A stretch of DNA of 64,000 bases from Takakia lepidozioides (taxonomy: Eukaryota; Plantae; Bryophyta). Below the pieces are notes generated by a model that had not been told where the DNA came from, searched no databases, and saw only the letters and a program-made list of their open reading frames with translations. Below are positions 21,827 to 35,185 of the stretch, piece by piece (positions within the stretch are counted from its first letter, which is position 1; each line of letters opens with the position of its first letter). Location: assembly GCA_030704615.1 (NCBI GenBank), contig CM060731.1:69688001-69752000 (forward strand), read 5' to 3'. The position numbers and the translations under genes were made by a program.

Positions 21827-24800
21827 ACAAAGCTTGCTGGGCATTCACCATACAAATTGTACTTCATGTCCCAATATCAAGCTCAAATTGCTACTGAAGC
21901 AAAATGTGTTGGACTCCAGGCCTGTGCATTCCACCATTCTGCACAAGAAAACAACCACCCACACAGAGATTCCAGTCTCAGCGCCATGAAAATGGAAAGT
22001 ATCAAAACAGAGGTATACAGGAGTCAATGAAGAGGGATGTCAGGTAGCTGCTACCAGTGGAGGAAATACGGTTGCAGACAACATCCAGTAATCTGAAGGA
22101 ACTCGATGATAGTATGTTTGATCAAGAAAAAACACAACTTTCAAGGCAACTCCATGTTTGTCCTTTCAAGGCTTGGACAGCACACAATTTAAGTAGGTAG
22201 GCATGAACTTACTGGGGAAGGAGAGGTTATTGAAGAGCCAGGCGTTTCCTCCTGCGTAGCTGTGTATGTACCCATCCTGTTCCAATGCATCCGTCACAAA
22301 TCAATTATAAATCCATTCTATCATGTTAAGACTGTTCTTCAATCAAGCTACTATGTCTATCGGATGATCCATCTCAACAAACTGCATAGTTCATAGTCAG
22401 AACGCTACAGTAAGTGAAGTTTAATGAGGACATCATCTCTTCCAGTCTGACACAATTTGTGAAATGAAATTAGTGCAACCATCGCCACGTCTCAAATGTA
22501 TTGCAAGGTAGAGGAATCAAAGCAACCTCTCGCTTTCTTCTGGGATGTCAATGCCAGCCCATGTATACATGGTAAATCCCCTTTGAGCAGATTGTTTCTA
22601 GCAGCAGGGAAGGCTATAGAAATCTCAGGCTGATTAGCATCCAACCCAGTGGGCAGAAATCCCACCAACCTCTCCAAGACCTGCTGGTATTCTATGAAAT
22701 ATGGGCTCCTATGTACCTTAAGGTCAAAGTCTTCACAACAACTAACCCTCCTAGAGACAGTCTGTAGTTCGCCAAGGGGGTATTGAACCCCGCCTGACGT
22801 TGCAAGATTGCAAAGTCTGGGGTTAGAAGATAGATCCAGTGTTGATTACAAGGCTGTCTTCACAAACTAGACGGTATAGTTCTGCTAAAATAGCAACTCA
22901 CAGATCACCAGAAAGGAGAGAAGTTACTTGTAGACAGTGCCAGCTGTGTTCCGAATATCCCAACATAAAATGTTAGGGTCCTTCTCAACCAACCCACCCA
23001 TCATGGTAGATGCAAAGCAGTCAGCACAAATATCATCAGAAATTAGTATCTGATGAGCTGTAAGGGGTTAAAATGCCATGGCATCTGTGTCTCTATGGTG
23101 GTGTAGAACACTATATTGCTTGAACGCACGCAAGTAATGCGCGACTACCAAGTCTGGTGTTGTCCCTGACAAAACAGCTTATGCTCTATGCTCCGCTAAT
23201 CCCTGTCCCTTGAGAGAGATCTTTATTAATGCATGTAGAAGGTGGAGCCTGAGTGCCACTGCCCGGTAGAGGTTTTTTCGTTTTTTCTTACTCTTCTCTT
23301 CTCCCCTTTGTTATTACTGTGAGTTCCAAGGCTTCCTCCCCTGCTTTCAAAAGAACTTGCGATGAGCTTAGGTATTACCTACTCTGGGCTCTGAGTTTAC
23401 ATGAAGCGAAATTTCTTTGCAGTTGGGTAGGCGCTACTGAATCTCTGTTATGTTATTTGCCTTATTCCAATGAGTACTGCTCAGCGATGGTCGGTTGAAG
23501 CTTCAACCAAATCCTATAACGGTTCCATCCACAGGGCCCGTGAACAACCAAAAACGAAAAACTAAAAGCAATAAAGCAAGAGGAAAGTCCCTCCTACCTG
23601 CTCCCTGCTGCGGCGAGGACGGCTTGTTGCTGCGGTGACTTCTTCGCTCCCGCCCCGCGCTCCCTGCCATGCACCCACCCACCCCGTCAACACTCAAAAC
23701 AAACAATGTTTTTACAAAAAAGAAAAAAACAAGAAAGCAACAAGAAGAGAATGAGAGGGATTGAGAGAGGAGGCAGAAGGGGAGAGACAACAGAGCTGAA
23801 GACAGGGCATACCTACCTTGGCGCAAGCACAACAACAACTGCCCAAATTTTAAGTGATCGGGATTTAACACCTTGGGGGGAGGAGCTGTTAAATGTCATA
23901 GTCCTTCGTCGGCTGCTACGAGCCTGCTAACTAGGGGGGGGGGGGGTTCCCTAACGTGCAGGTGCGGCAATCACCATGCAGTTAACGGCTGCTAGATCCC
24001 AAGCATACTACTCCAAGATTGTCAATTTTGGAAAGATCAGAGACGCAGAGTGACATGTGTGGCGGGGAAATAGAGTGCTGTGTTGTCAAATCGGTTAACT
24101 CACAGTCCACAGAGTGTACTCATAAACGTCGTTAGCCTTGTGTAACATGATTACTGCCGAAACTGAAGAAATTCCAAAAGGCCCGCGAGACCTCTTCTTC
24201 AAGAAAATTAATCAATCCGACGGAGCCCTGACGAATGGCATGGGCACCTAAATATACAACAAGAGCTTGAGGCAACAGCTGGGCACCATGCGAGACAAAG
24301 GTGGCGTAGAAAGGGCTTGAACTCAGCTCAGCGAGACCGGTATGTATGTCGCTGCGAGATGGTCCTCCTGCGCTGCAAGGAAGACAATCTTTCAAGGGAC
24401 TTTCAAAAATTTGGGAGGACGAGGTGGATCTTTGTGTGAAGGTCCAAGGAGAAACAGGGATCCAACATGGCTGGGGCGGGGCGGTTGGCAGCCCGGATTT
24501 CTAGCTTTGAGAGTGCCAGTACGAAGGGTGCTCTATCGATTCGTCATGCATGGGTTGTTCCACAAACTTTGCTTTGGAGTTGCATTTTCGGGAGTGTGAA
24601 AGACGAGAGACAAGGCTGTAGTGCTACAGACTGATTTCTCAATAATTTGAACGACCGTTATACAATAGACCTACCTAGCATGCGTGAATTCTGCGTCGTC
24701 TTGAACCTCTCGAACTCGGTGAAAAGAGATGCACTGGTCAACATCGTTTTTTGTGATTTCTTGAAAAGATATCTCGAGAATTGTTGCTCTCACAATTTGC

Positions 24801-24923
24801 ATGTATATAGTTACCTCTCACACCACCACGCCCACGTACGTCCTTCCCAGACGTATACGTGTTTCCTTTTAACCACCTGGGCTGAATCACCATGCAGCAG
24901 AGGTAGCATAGAGCTTGAAATTG

Positions 24924-27900
24924 ATGGCATTGGCGGGGTTTAATGATCAGGCTGGGCAGACGACACAAAAGACACCGGCGGCGACAGTGGCGTCATCGTT
25001 GCTGTACAGATTTACGGCTACCTGCAGGAGCAGGTTGTTCAGGTTTGTTCACATACTCGCACAACTTGCAGGTTAAAACAATTCTTCTTAGACTACTAGA
25101 ACATGGATCGGGTTCATCTCCTTATATTGATTTGAAACAACGAGCTGGTACTGTTGGAATATGATGGCGCGTGCGCGGGGAGTGGTGAACAGTTTAGTGA
25201 ATGCCAGGGCAATTTTTCGTCAGATGTTCCCGAGAGATCATAAACCTGGAGCCAGCTTATACCAAATTTGGGCAGGGAGGCGCCTATTCTGGCTGGGAAT
25301 TCATATACACGACAGAAGCAGAAATGAAATGAAATGAAATGGTGCTTTATAACGTCCGCGGAAAGCTCATAGAGCTTATGGGACAGTGGAAGAAAACATG
25401 AGAGAGGAAACAAAAGCAAAGCCAAGAATAAGAGCTAATGCTCGAGTGGTTGTCTAAGGGTGAAGGCCTCGTTCAGGTAAGCTGCCAAGCACTTCTGATC
25501 CTCATAGTGGAACAGAGCAGCAACAGACTTCCTAATGGGTTCCTTGAAGTTCAACAGAGCATGTCCCTTTGGCTGAGAGATAAATCCATCGTGGGTCTTG
25601 AGACCTGAAGTAGTCCCACCAAACTTTCTCCAGAGCCTGCGGACCTTATGAGTTATTCATTGAAAATTCAGCACGTACAGTTTTGAAATTGTTGAACGTT
25701 CTCTGCTCTCGATTGACATTAATTATGTACACGCTAGACTATGAAATGTTATACCGAGGTTGACTGTTGAGAAAGAGAGGGAGAGGGCATGAGTAACGAT
25801 TACAATCATGTGTTTAGTACATGTGCTGCGCAGTGCACAAGGAGGAAGTGAGAATATCGTTGGCATTGATTTGGGCACCACTAACTCGTGTGTGGCTGTC
25901 ATGGAGGGCAAGGTCATCTCACCCCACCCTTTACCGTTCGTATTGATCATGCTAATGTAAAAGATGTTAGAATTGAGCAAGAACATAAACAAGAACTAAA
26001 GTCTTAGACTAAAGCTAAAACTAAAGCTCTCCTCCCAACCATAGAAGCCACCATCATACTCTTACACTTAGACTAGTGACTTCACCCCGAGCTTGTGCAA
26101 GAAGGTCTTTAGAAAGTCTTACTTGGTCACTTCAACTTCCACTATAGTGACCATCCACCTTCTAGCCATTCACCTTCCAAAGGTGAGTTAAACAAGATAA
26201 TCTCTTAGACTTCTAAGCCTTTGGCCTTCAAGACTCTTAGTCTTCTAGATATGTTTAATTACTTCCAACAAAAGATGATGAACTTCCAATTTCTTCAACT
26301 GGGTTCCAACTTCGGGGGCAATCTTTCAAGCCTTACCTACATGTGGCGCAATTTGTTTTTGGCCAGCTTGATGGAATCTTCATAATACCTGATTCAAGTT
26401 TGTGGTTGACAGACTCCGCATGTAATAGAAAATGAGGAGGGGAGTCGAACGACGCCCTCTGTGGTGGCCTTCACGCCCAAAGGTGAGGTCCTTGTTGGCT
26501 GGCCAGCAAAGCGTCAGGCTATCACCAACCCAGAAAACACTGTTTTTGGCGTAAAACGGTTGATTGGCAGGAAGTTTAACGACCCACTGGTACAAAAGGA
26601 GATAAAAATGGTGCCTTTCAAGATTGTACCAGGTCCCAATGGGGATGCCTGGGTTGAGGATGGCGGCCGAAAACTATCACCAAGCCAGGTTTCTGGGTTC
26701 GTACTCTCAAAACTGAAAGACTCGGCTGAAAGATATTTGGGTCAGCCAGTTTCCAAAGCAGTAATCACAGTGCCTGCATATTTCAACGATGCCCAGCGAC
26801 AGGCTACGAAGGATGCCGGTCGCATAGGTGGGCTTGATGTGCAGCGAATTATCAATGAGCCAACAGCTGCTGCTCTCGCCTACGGGTTGGACAGAAAGGA
26901 GGGCCGCATAGCAGTTTTTGACTTGGGGGGTGGGACATTTGATATTTCAATCCTGGAGATCGCAGGGGGCGTCGTTGAGGTAAATGATCTGTTTCTAAGC
27001 TGATTCGATACTGAAAATCAACCTCAGAACTTATGAGATAGCTGGACAATCGAGAGTTGCGGGATCACTTTCATGAGGAAAGTGACGAAAGGTTCCAGCC
27101 AGTACTTTGCAATGTTGTTCTCTTTACTTCTATTCCGCAATTGGCTCAAGGGATATAAGAAGCACACTTCCTTCCCTGTCTCCTCCCACTCTCCATGCCC
27201 TTAGTCTCCACCCCTTGTGTTGAGTGATTTGGTGGCAGGTAAAGGCAACAAATGGGGACACATTTTTGGGAGGAGAGGACTTCGACAATGTACTCGTGCA
27301 GTACCTAGTAGAGGAGTTCAAAAAAGAGACTGGCATTGACCTCTCCAAGGACAGGCTAGCCCTGCAACGGTTGAAGGACGCAGTGGAAAAGGCGAAAGTA
27401 GAACTGTCATCTACTATGCAGACTGAAATCAATCTGCCCTTCATTACTGCTGATGCTTCAGGGCCCAAGCACCTGCTCATGACAATAACACGAGCCAAGT
27501 CAGTTTCCTTCTCAGGCTCATCTTTATCAACAAAGCTGGTTTTGAGGGAGGGCCACCACTGATGCACAAAGAGGTTCAGCGTCGACTGTTTAGAAGCAGC
27601 AATTCCCCTGTGCAGGATTTCCACTTTCCAATGTTGTATGCGCAATTTAGTGGAGTTTGAAGTACATGGTGAGTAATTGCCTTTAGCACAGATTTCAACT
27701 GCTCACAGAATGACTATTATTGCTGAAGGTTTGAGCAGCTGGTGGAACCCCTTATCGAGCGCACCAAACAGCCTTGCTATGACTGTCTGAAGGATGCCGG
27801 CATAAAACCAGAGGATATAACTGAGGTGCTGTTGGTGGGGGGCATGACGCGCGTGCCCAAGGTGCAAGAGACTGTGAAGAGTATCTTCAAGAAGGAGCCT

Positions 27901-28850
27901 TCTAAGGGGGTGAACCCTGACGAATGTGTGGCTGTGGGGGCAGCAATACAAGCTGGGGTATTGCGAGGAGACATCAAAGATATATTACTATTGGATGTAA
28001 CACCCCTTTCTCTGGGCATAGAGACACTGGGAGGTGTTTTCACACGTCTGATCCACCGCAACACCACAATCCCCACCAAGAAGAGTCAGGTGTTCTCAAC
28101 AGCAGCTGATGGCCAAACACAGGTCGGATTTCTCAGAAACTCATTCATTTCCCTTGAGGCAGTATGTTTTGCACCCAACTCCTTGTACAATACAAGCACA
28201 CTCAAGTTCCAGAAATTGTACCTGTGTGTGCGTGCCAATTCCAGGTAGGAGTGAAGGTTCTGCAAGGAGAACGGGAGATGGCGGCTGACAACAAGATGCT
28301 TGGGCAGTTTGATCTGGTGGGTATTCCTCCTGCCCCACGCGGTGTCCCCCAAATCGAAGTGTCATTTGACATCGATGCGAACGGGATTGTGAATGTGTCT
28401 GCTAAAGATAAAGCGACAGGAAAGGAACAAACTGTCACCATCCAATCGTCAGGGGGCCTATCAGAGAGTGATATCCAGAAAATGGTGAGAGATGCCGAAC
28501 AGTTTGCGACAAAAGACCAAGAAAGAAAGCAGCTGATTGATGCTAAGAATAGTGCAGATACAGTTCTCTATTCAGTTCAGAAGAGCTTGGACGAGCACAA
28601 GGAGAAGATTCCCCAAGATGTCATTGAGAGCGTCAATGCCTCCCTTGCGAATTTGAGGAAAGCACTTGAGTCAGAGAATGTTGAGGACATTCGCCAAAAG
28701 ACCAGCGCAGCACAGACCGCATCCCTGAAGATTGGAGAGACACTGATGCAGCAGTCAGCAGGGTCAACTAGCTCCACTAGCGGGTCGCCTGGTTCAGGGG
28801 CCTCTGGACCAGAAACGGTCGAAGCAGAGTACGAAGACGTGAAAAAGTAG
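24924..28850 (+). CDS. mtHSP70: Mitochondrial HSP70 (DnaK-type chaperone), 6 exons
   Basis: Exons: 24924-25042 (putative presequence ending RSRLFS, less certain), 25834-25912 ([19 protein letters not shown]), 26413-26979, 27239-27499, ~27729-28122, 28245-28850. Contains mitochondrial signatures GDAWVE and [13 protein letters not shown], and ends EAEYEDVKK. Intron phases are consistent. Confidence 0.9.
25321..25511 (-). mobile_element. 5'-truncated RTE-X-like LINE 3' end with (CATTT)n tail, in HSP70 intron 1
   Basis: gaaatgaaatgaaatggtgctttataacgtccgcggaaagctcatagagcttatgggaca is shared with 50184 and 57112. It encodes the ORF2 C-terminus [25 protein letters not shown]. Confidence 0.8.
25965..26270. 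mobile_element. Solo LTR (306 bp) in HSP70 intron 2
   Basis: Begins TGTT and ends AACA, flanked by a perfect 5-bp TSD AAAGA (25960-25964 and 26271-26275). Confidence 0.85.
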
Positions 28851-31800
28851 ATTGAATGAAGGGCGGTGTTGGGCACGAGAGGACTACTTTGTAGGTGAAG
28901 AAGAGGTAGACAGTCTTGAGAGTAGACTATCTTCAGGGTTGGGCTGGTTGTCATCAAAGCGTAGGGAAATAGTGTTTGGCAGCTCTGTTAACTATAAGAA
29001 CGGTACACTGTGTAGGTTCCGGTTTGCAGGCTTTATGCAGAATTGAGCAACATGTTTGAGAGACAGATGCATCTCCATTGTCCTTTGAAAGATATGCTAT
29101 TAAGATGTTGAATCTAGGTCTGAAAGCAAGCTTCAAGAGAGGATTGCTAGCCCTACAGATTTGAGCACCCACCTTAGGTGGGTGCTCAAATCTGTTCTCA
29201 CTTGAGAAAACAATTGTATCTAATATCTTCCCAGCCACCCTCAGCTCATACGAGACAAAAGTCTTCAAGGATCCCACACTCACAAAATCAGAATCAATAG
29301 CACAATTGGTCTGATCTGTTCGTCTACATATTGGGTGGATGCAGAGCCGTTGTCCGTCTCTGCAGCGCCTTTTCTGGATGGGCCCCGCCATGTTTGCATT
29401 TCAAATGGCAGGAAAGAAGCGTGAAAACAAGTCTCTCGCTCTAGGACTCGGAGATGCGGTGTGAGAAGTCAGGGGTCTAGAAATCGGTGCTGCACATTTG
29501 CTGTAGAAAGAGTCATGTCGCTGGGAGAGAGTACTATGACATGAGTAGGAAACTTGGAAATTGTATTATGGAAGGGTGCACCTCCAAAAAGTACTCCTGC
29601 GAAGAAGTCCTGTAGGATCCAAAAACTGCAATACTTTCACACCCTTGCAGAGGAACCCAGCAGCTATTCATCAAAGTCTGCTTAGCTCCAATGGATGTTG
29701 CCCAATTTTCTCACAGGAGAGTAGCCATGACAAGCTGCAGATTCATACATGAACACAGCTAAACATGATGCAGGGAATAACACAAGGGTGGTAAACCTTC
29801 CGCATCGCCTCCACCTTTTCCCTCGTAGGTGGGTCATGGAATGGACCAGGGAGGTTCTGTTGATGTCACTGACACAGGTAGACCACACAGCTATTAGGTC
29901 ACATTTTTGCAGCAATCCCATCTGACAGCCTTCAAAGGAGGATAACTGTTTACGTACCAGCTCATTGAACGCCTGGAACGTGGCACGTGAAGGACACCAT
30001 AGCGACACCCCCGCACAATGTGTAATGACCACTGTTTTTTTTAAGGATTTTGAAGAGTGGCTATATATGTTGGGTGTAGGGTAGTGCAAGTGGCCCACTC
30101 TAGGTATTTTCCCTCCAATTGGTAGGCTACATGTATTTCCACTCTTGTGGTACTCTGCGAATCAAATGGATGTTGAGGAGCAATAGAAGGCGAAGTATAG
30201 AAATAGTTGAAAGCCAAAAATATATATATTAAATATTTGACGGAAGCGTAAATTATGGTGTCTTTTCACCCCAAAGGGTTAGTGCCTTGAGCTAGGAAGG
30301 TGGACACCTTTGTGACACCAATGGATGAATTAAACCCAGAACTTCTGAGGTGGTATGTGCCCATTACCACTAGTGGAAAGCCATAATATGCAAATGGAAC
30401 TCTTTCTTATATGAAAACCACAACTGCATACTCAAAGCTTTACAAGCGCGGAGGGACGAGCAGCTCCATGTGAACGGAGGAGGCCCCACAGCCCTAAACC
30501 CACTCCTCATCTGGCCATTCAGATCATCATGCATGGGCCCGCCATAGCTACAATCTGTGCTGCCCTTGTGGGTCCAGGGGCGAGGACCTTTTCCAGACCC
30601 CCAGTTTTTGGCAAAAATTGCCTTATTTGGACGTCTTTTTCCCTTTGTTTCATTAGCCAAGGGGATTTTCAGGCGGCCAAATGGCGAAAAATCGCCAATA
30701 AGAAAAACGCTGGTAATGACATTCGGCATACTCTTTTGCAGGTTTGATCCCCTTTGTCAAATAATCTACATGGCGAAATTTCCTCAATTCCTAGGCGAAG
30801 GGCAAGCACCAAGCTAATTAAGGAGATCCCCTTTGTCAAATCACCTACGGGACAAAATTTCCTAAATCTCTCCTGTGCAGGCATGCACCAAGGAGATAAG
30901 GAGATCCCATATGTAGTTGCAAGGAAACTGGCCCTTTTCCTCAAGCTTTCATAGGGGATCTGCCAAAAGATTGTTGTGTCTTGAAAGGCACAGGACAAGC
31001 AAATTTTCAATCTGGAAGTCAAGAGGAAATTGGACAAGTAGAAAGTAGAAGAGGAAACGACAATATTACTAGGGTAGTCAACTCTCACAGACAAATAGGA
31101 AATTAGAAACCAGTCCTGCATGACCCCACAAACCTGCCTCAACGTCTCTTTTGTAGGAGATCGGGCACTCAGTACCATAATGTTTGAGCTACTCATTTAT
31201 CTGATTTCAGTCGATGGAAGAGTAGCAACAAGTCACGGTGAACTGTAGTGTAGCATTATTGTGACGGGGAAGTCTTGGGAGGGTCACTTGTAAACTGAGG
31301 AACAATCAGTATAAGAAACAATCCTAGCTGGTGAATTAAGACCTACTTAAGAGAAACATGCCTTATGCCCTAGTGGATGATTTAGTGTTGGAACATTGAT
31401 CTTAGTTGGGAGCAATCTTTGGCTTGGGCCAATTGAGTCCGCCATACATGATTCATGGAAAGAGGGACATAATCTTCACTTGAGTAGACTGTAACTAACT
31501 GCACATGTCAGAAGCATACATGGGTCAATTTGCAACAGTTGACCGCAACTCTTAGACTAGATGAACAACATTTTTACCACTTCAAAAGAAGGTCTGATGC
31601 CACCTGTAGTGAAATCATGGATCTCATGGATCAGTTTTTATTGAAATTCAACCGAGTCTAGAATTTCAAGCTCATAAGTGCAGGGTATAGCTCTGTGAGT
31701 GGTTCATATACCCGGAGCTCTTCTCCTAGCTCTATAACTGTCAACTTCATTAGGCTGCATCGCCCTAATCCTCTTCGCTCCGACCATATGGGTGAGGTTT

Positions 31801-33227
31801 CAAACAAGGCTACACCGTTCTGGACGGCTGCAAAAACAAGTTCGTCACTAAACGTCGGAGATTGGATACCCACTGTCCTACCCTTCGTCCCTTCTCTATA
31901 ACAAACCCATTTCTCTGCTGCAGCCAGCTCGAGCGCAAGGTAGGGACCAGAAACTCCGTTACATGTGTTTCCATGCGCATCTACAACCCGGGCTTCAAAA
32001 TGAGGACTATCAGGGGCCGACCCTTGGACATTGAGAACAATCTGCATAGGAGCGCCGTGTGTGGGTATTGGCCATACCTCCAGGTAAAACAACATTGCAG
32101 CTTCACTATTCTCATGATCTCTAAGCATGACATGGTATCTTGCAACGTCCCCTTGCCATTTGAAGGCTTCGAATGATGCCTTTCCCCGTTCAACCTTACA
32201 ACTGAGTGTAGATGCATCTTGTACCCCATTGCAATCGTTGTGCTGTTTTACAAAGATTAACTCAACCTGCCTATTATCATAGTCTTGGTAACATATGTTA
32301 CCGAAGGCATCCAGCAAGCAGACACTGATGGCAGGGAAGCAGTCCAACTGATAAATTTGAATCAATTTGGCGGAGTGGTTGTGTGCAAAATCCCACCGCC
32401 TTTCCGAAAGAGAAGGTAACGAATGTCCAGTGAAGGCTAGGGGCATAACCTTGGCGAACTTCCCAGGATACAACTTCACAGTCCTACTAAGAACTATGGA
32501 TGAGCCTGCAACCTCTGGTTGTAAACTCAATGTGGGATCCAAAAGACGCAGTCTGTACTTCCCAGGCGTACGACCTGAGACGATGATGTGCGCGGCATAG
32601 TTGGGCCGAGATGTTTTGTTGTTCGGGTAGTTCTTCTTCTCAAATTTGACGATTTGTCCTTATGGGGTCCTCGACCTCCATTCACCCAGCTCATCGTCAT
32701 TGTCAATCCACTCCGGCTCCAGATTGAGTTGCAACTGATCCACAACACATTCAAGGGTATACAGGGTGTCTTTATGTTGGGCCAAAATATACACCTACCT
32801 AGAGCCTATGGCAGATCTAGACTTGTGGCAGATGATCATGAGCACTAAAGGGCTGCATGTTAATACAGTAGCAAGGAAACAGATTCAGGACTGCATATGC
32901 ATGTATAGCAATGAAAGAATAGAGAGTTGTAATTAGAAATTTTAACTGGGCCCACACTAAGATGAGATTTGGATCATATGTGGAGCTTATCCTGGTCCAC
33001 AAAAACAAACACTCCAGTCCAACCAAGAAGAGAAAAAAAAAAGGGACGCTCCATGATCAGGCAATTGGCAACATGTACTCAACATCTCAAACCGGATGGT
33101 CTCCTTTTGTTGACCAAACTAAGTATTTGGGCAGCATCAAGGCAGACTTTTCCTCTTCGAAGAGAGAACAATTTAGGAGTACATAGCCTGTCAAATCTTC
33201 CCCATCCCTTCTCCAGAGTGAGGCAGA

Positions 33228-33660
33228 TTGGGGTGACAAGCATTGGGGTGACATCATCTGGAGTGACAACAGACACCAGGGGGTGCCTGGGAAGGGGGTG
33301 TTGACTAAGTATTAAAATTTATACGGAGGAAGTGTCACCCCATGTGTGGGGTTACACAAAAAAGAGCCAGGTGACACAGATCGGGGTGACAGTAACCACA
33401 CCGGGGTGAAGGGTAACCATCACCCAGACAACAGGGTGACACAGAAGGGAGTGTCACTCCAACCTTGACTAGGTATTAAAATCAGACCAGGTGACACGAC
33501 ACAATACCAGGGTGACAAAGAAGGGAGTGTCACTCCAAACATGACTAAGTATTAAAATATACTAGAGGAAGTGTCACCCCGGGACACAAACCACGGGTGA
33601 CGACAACTTAGTAAGAGGAGTGTGTCACCCCAAGCGGGAGGAGCTGGGGTGACACTACCG
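33228..33660. repeat. Palindromic GGGGTGACAC/GTGTCACCCC array with TGACTAAGTATTAAAAT spacer motifs (copy A intron)
   Basis: Many motif copies in both orientations, including the hairpin GTGTCACCCC-ATGTGT-GGGGTTACAC. The AT-rich motif occurs at ~33302, 33466 and 33542. Confidence 0.85.
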
Positions 33661-33708
33661 CCTCCCCTGCTGGAGGAGCAGACGCTGCCTGAATCCTACG
33701 ACAGTACC

Positions 33709-33711
<3 letters not shown>

Positions 33712-33747
<36 letters not shown>
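33712..33747. repeat. (AG)n microsatellite
   Basis: Continuous AG run. Confidence 0.95.
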
Positions 33748-33749
<2 letters not shown>

Positions 33750-34961
33750 TAGGTGTAGCTCTAAAGACCTATCTCAATGTATCCCAAATTCTTTACACAC
33801 AGGTCCAGCTTGTCAAGTTTCAAAAGAGAGTTTTTCCTAGATAATTTACATTCTTCTCAATCTCATAAGGGAGCTTTGCTCTGAGTTTACTTACATTCTC
33901 CAGAATGTCAGAATTGAGATTTTCTGGTCTCCTGTTATGGTCCAGAGCAAGGAAGTCCATGATAAAGATTTGCCCGCAAGTGGTTTGCAGGGGCGTCCTT
34001 GAGCTTACGCGTAGTAGGCCAAGGCTGCACGCAACTCCCATTCGCACCTCTACCTGCACCCCACGTGTGACCAGAGCTAGTTTCATATCCATGAGACAGT
34101 CTTTGATTGCCAAATTGAATCAAGATTGCAAACCGGGATACTGCTAAGCCAGGATGTTGCTGCTCAACAAATGGTGTTGACAAAGGGGACTCTTGGCATC
34201 TGGACTTACTGCTTAGACAACAGACTCAAGTGCACATTGATAGCCTGTCCAAAGTTGTGCTCTTACCTGTTTAGTGGGATCTGCTACCCGCCAGTATCCC
34301 CTGCTTCTTTAGCAAATTGATGTAACTAGATAGAGCCCTCTAGGTATCTCATACCCTGGGACCTTCCATAGAGAGACCTCCACAATCCAACATTAAGCTG
34401 TGGCAAATTGTGTTATCAACTTGGAGAAATCTAGGTACAAATATTTGTGAATTCATGATCTGCACTTACAATATATCAATGAGAGAACTGCAAACCTGCA
34501 GATGGATAGCCTTTATGTCCTCAAAGGTGGAGTGGGAGATGAACCCCTGCCATATGCCTTGTCTCGTGGGCATTGTGATTCCAGGTATCTCACATCTCCC
34601 CTTGATTAGAGGACAATTGATGCGTTCCCCAGGAGAATCCAAAAGTAAGCTGTGGTGAGGTCCATCTGCTTCAGTGTCGACCACCCCATCACTGTCTACA
34701 ACTTCCACCACGATGTCATCCAACCTCCTGCCCACGGCACACATGCTTGGGATCTGTTCCAACCATCCTGATCTCGTTAGGCCGGAAGCTGGCTGACCCA
34801 GAGGCACCTTACTGTGATTCTGACCGGCCGAGAGACACCAGTGAGACACTAGAGTAGTCTATATTGACCTGGCAATGGTGCATAGTAAAATGCAATACTA
34901 CTGCCCAAGCTCTGGATATGCATTTGAGACCCAAAACGTGGACATCACTTGACTACAGAGA

Positions 34962-35185
34962 ACATCTATTTCACATAGCATCCATTCTGAAAGCGCCATC
35001 TGGGCTTAGATTAACCTGGACACTCTCGATCAGTATTGAGGCGTGATGACTGAAACGTTCAGCCTAGACTACAGCCTCGGATTTATCTATTTCACATAGC
35101 ATCCATTTCGAGGAACGCCATCTGCGCTTGAATTGACCTAGACACTCTCGATCAGTATTTAAGCATGACGGAAAACGTTCAGCGT
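34962..35185. repeat. Intronic tandem repeat ~120 bp x2 (also in copy B ~42420-42640; partial in copy C)
   Basis: atctatttcacatagcatccatt...gacactctcgatcagtatt...aacgttcagc is duplicated. Confidence 0.85.

Noticed and set aside
22240-24600. Possible degenerate L1-like LINE on the minus strand (ORF1-like 24132-24395, poly-G at ~23934-23946)
   Set aside because: Only vague similarity, with no RT or endonuclease motifs recognisable.
28954-29970. Possible highly decayed P-type PPR gene on the minus strand
   Set aside because: Only scattered hints (FNILIAYLSK, QAFNELVRK), insufficient to call.
30100-30960. Possible DNA-transposon relic with repeated gatcccctttgtcaaat (~30746, ~30824)
   Set aside because: No termini or TSD definable. 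It may be what truncated arm A.
33228-33660. CRISPR array
   Set aside because: Motifs are short, in both orientations and irregularly spaced. There are no cas genes and the context is eukaryotic.
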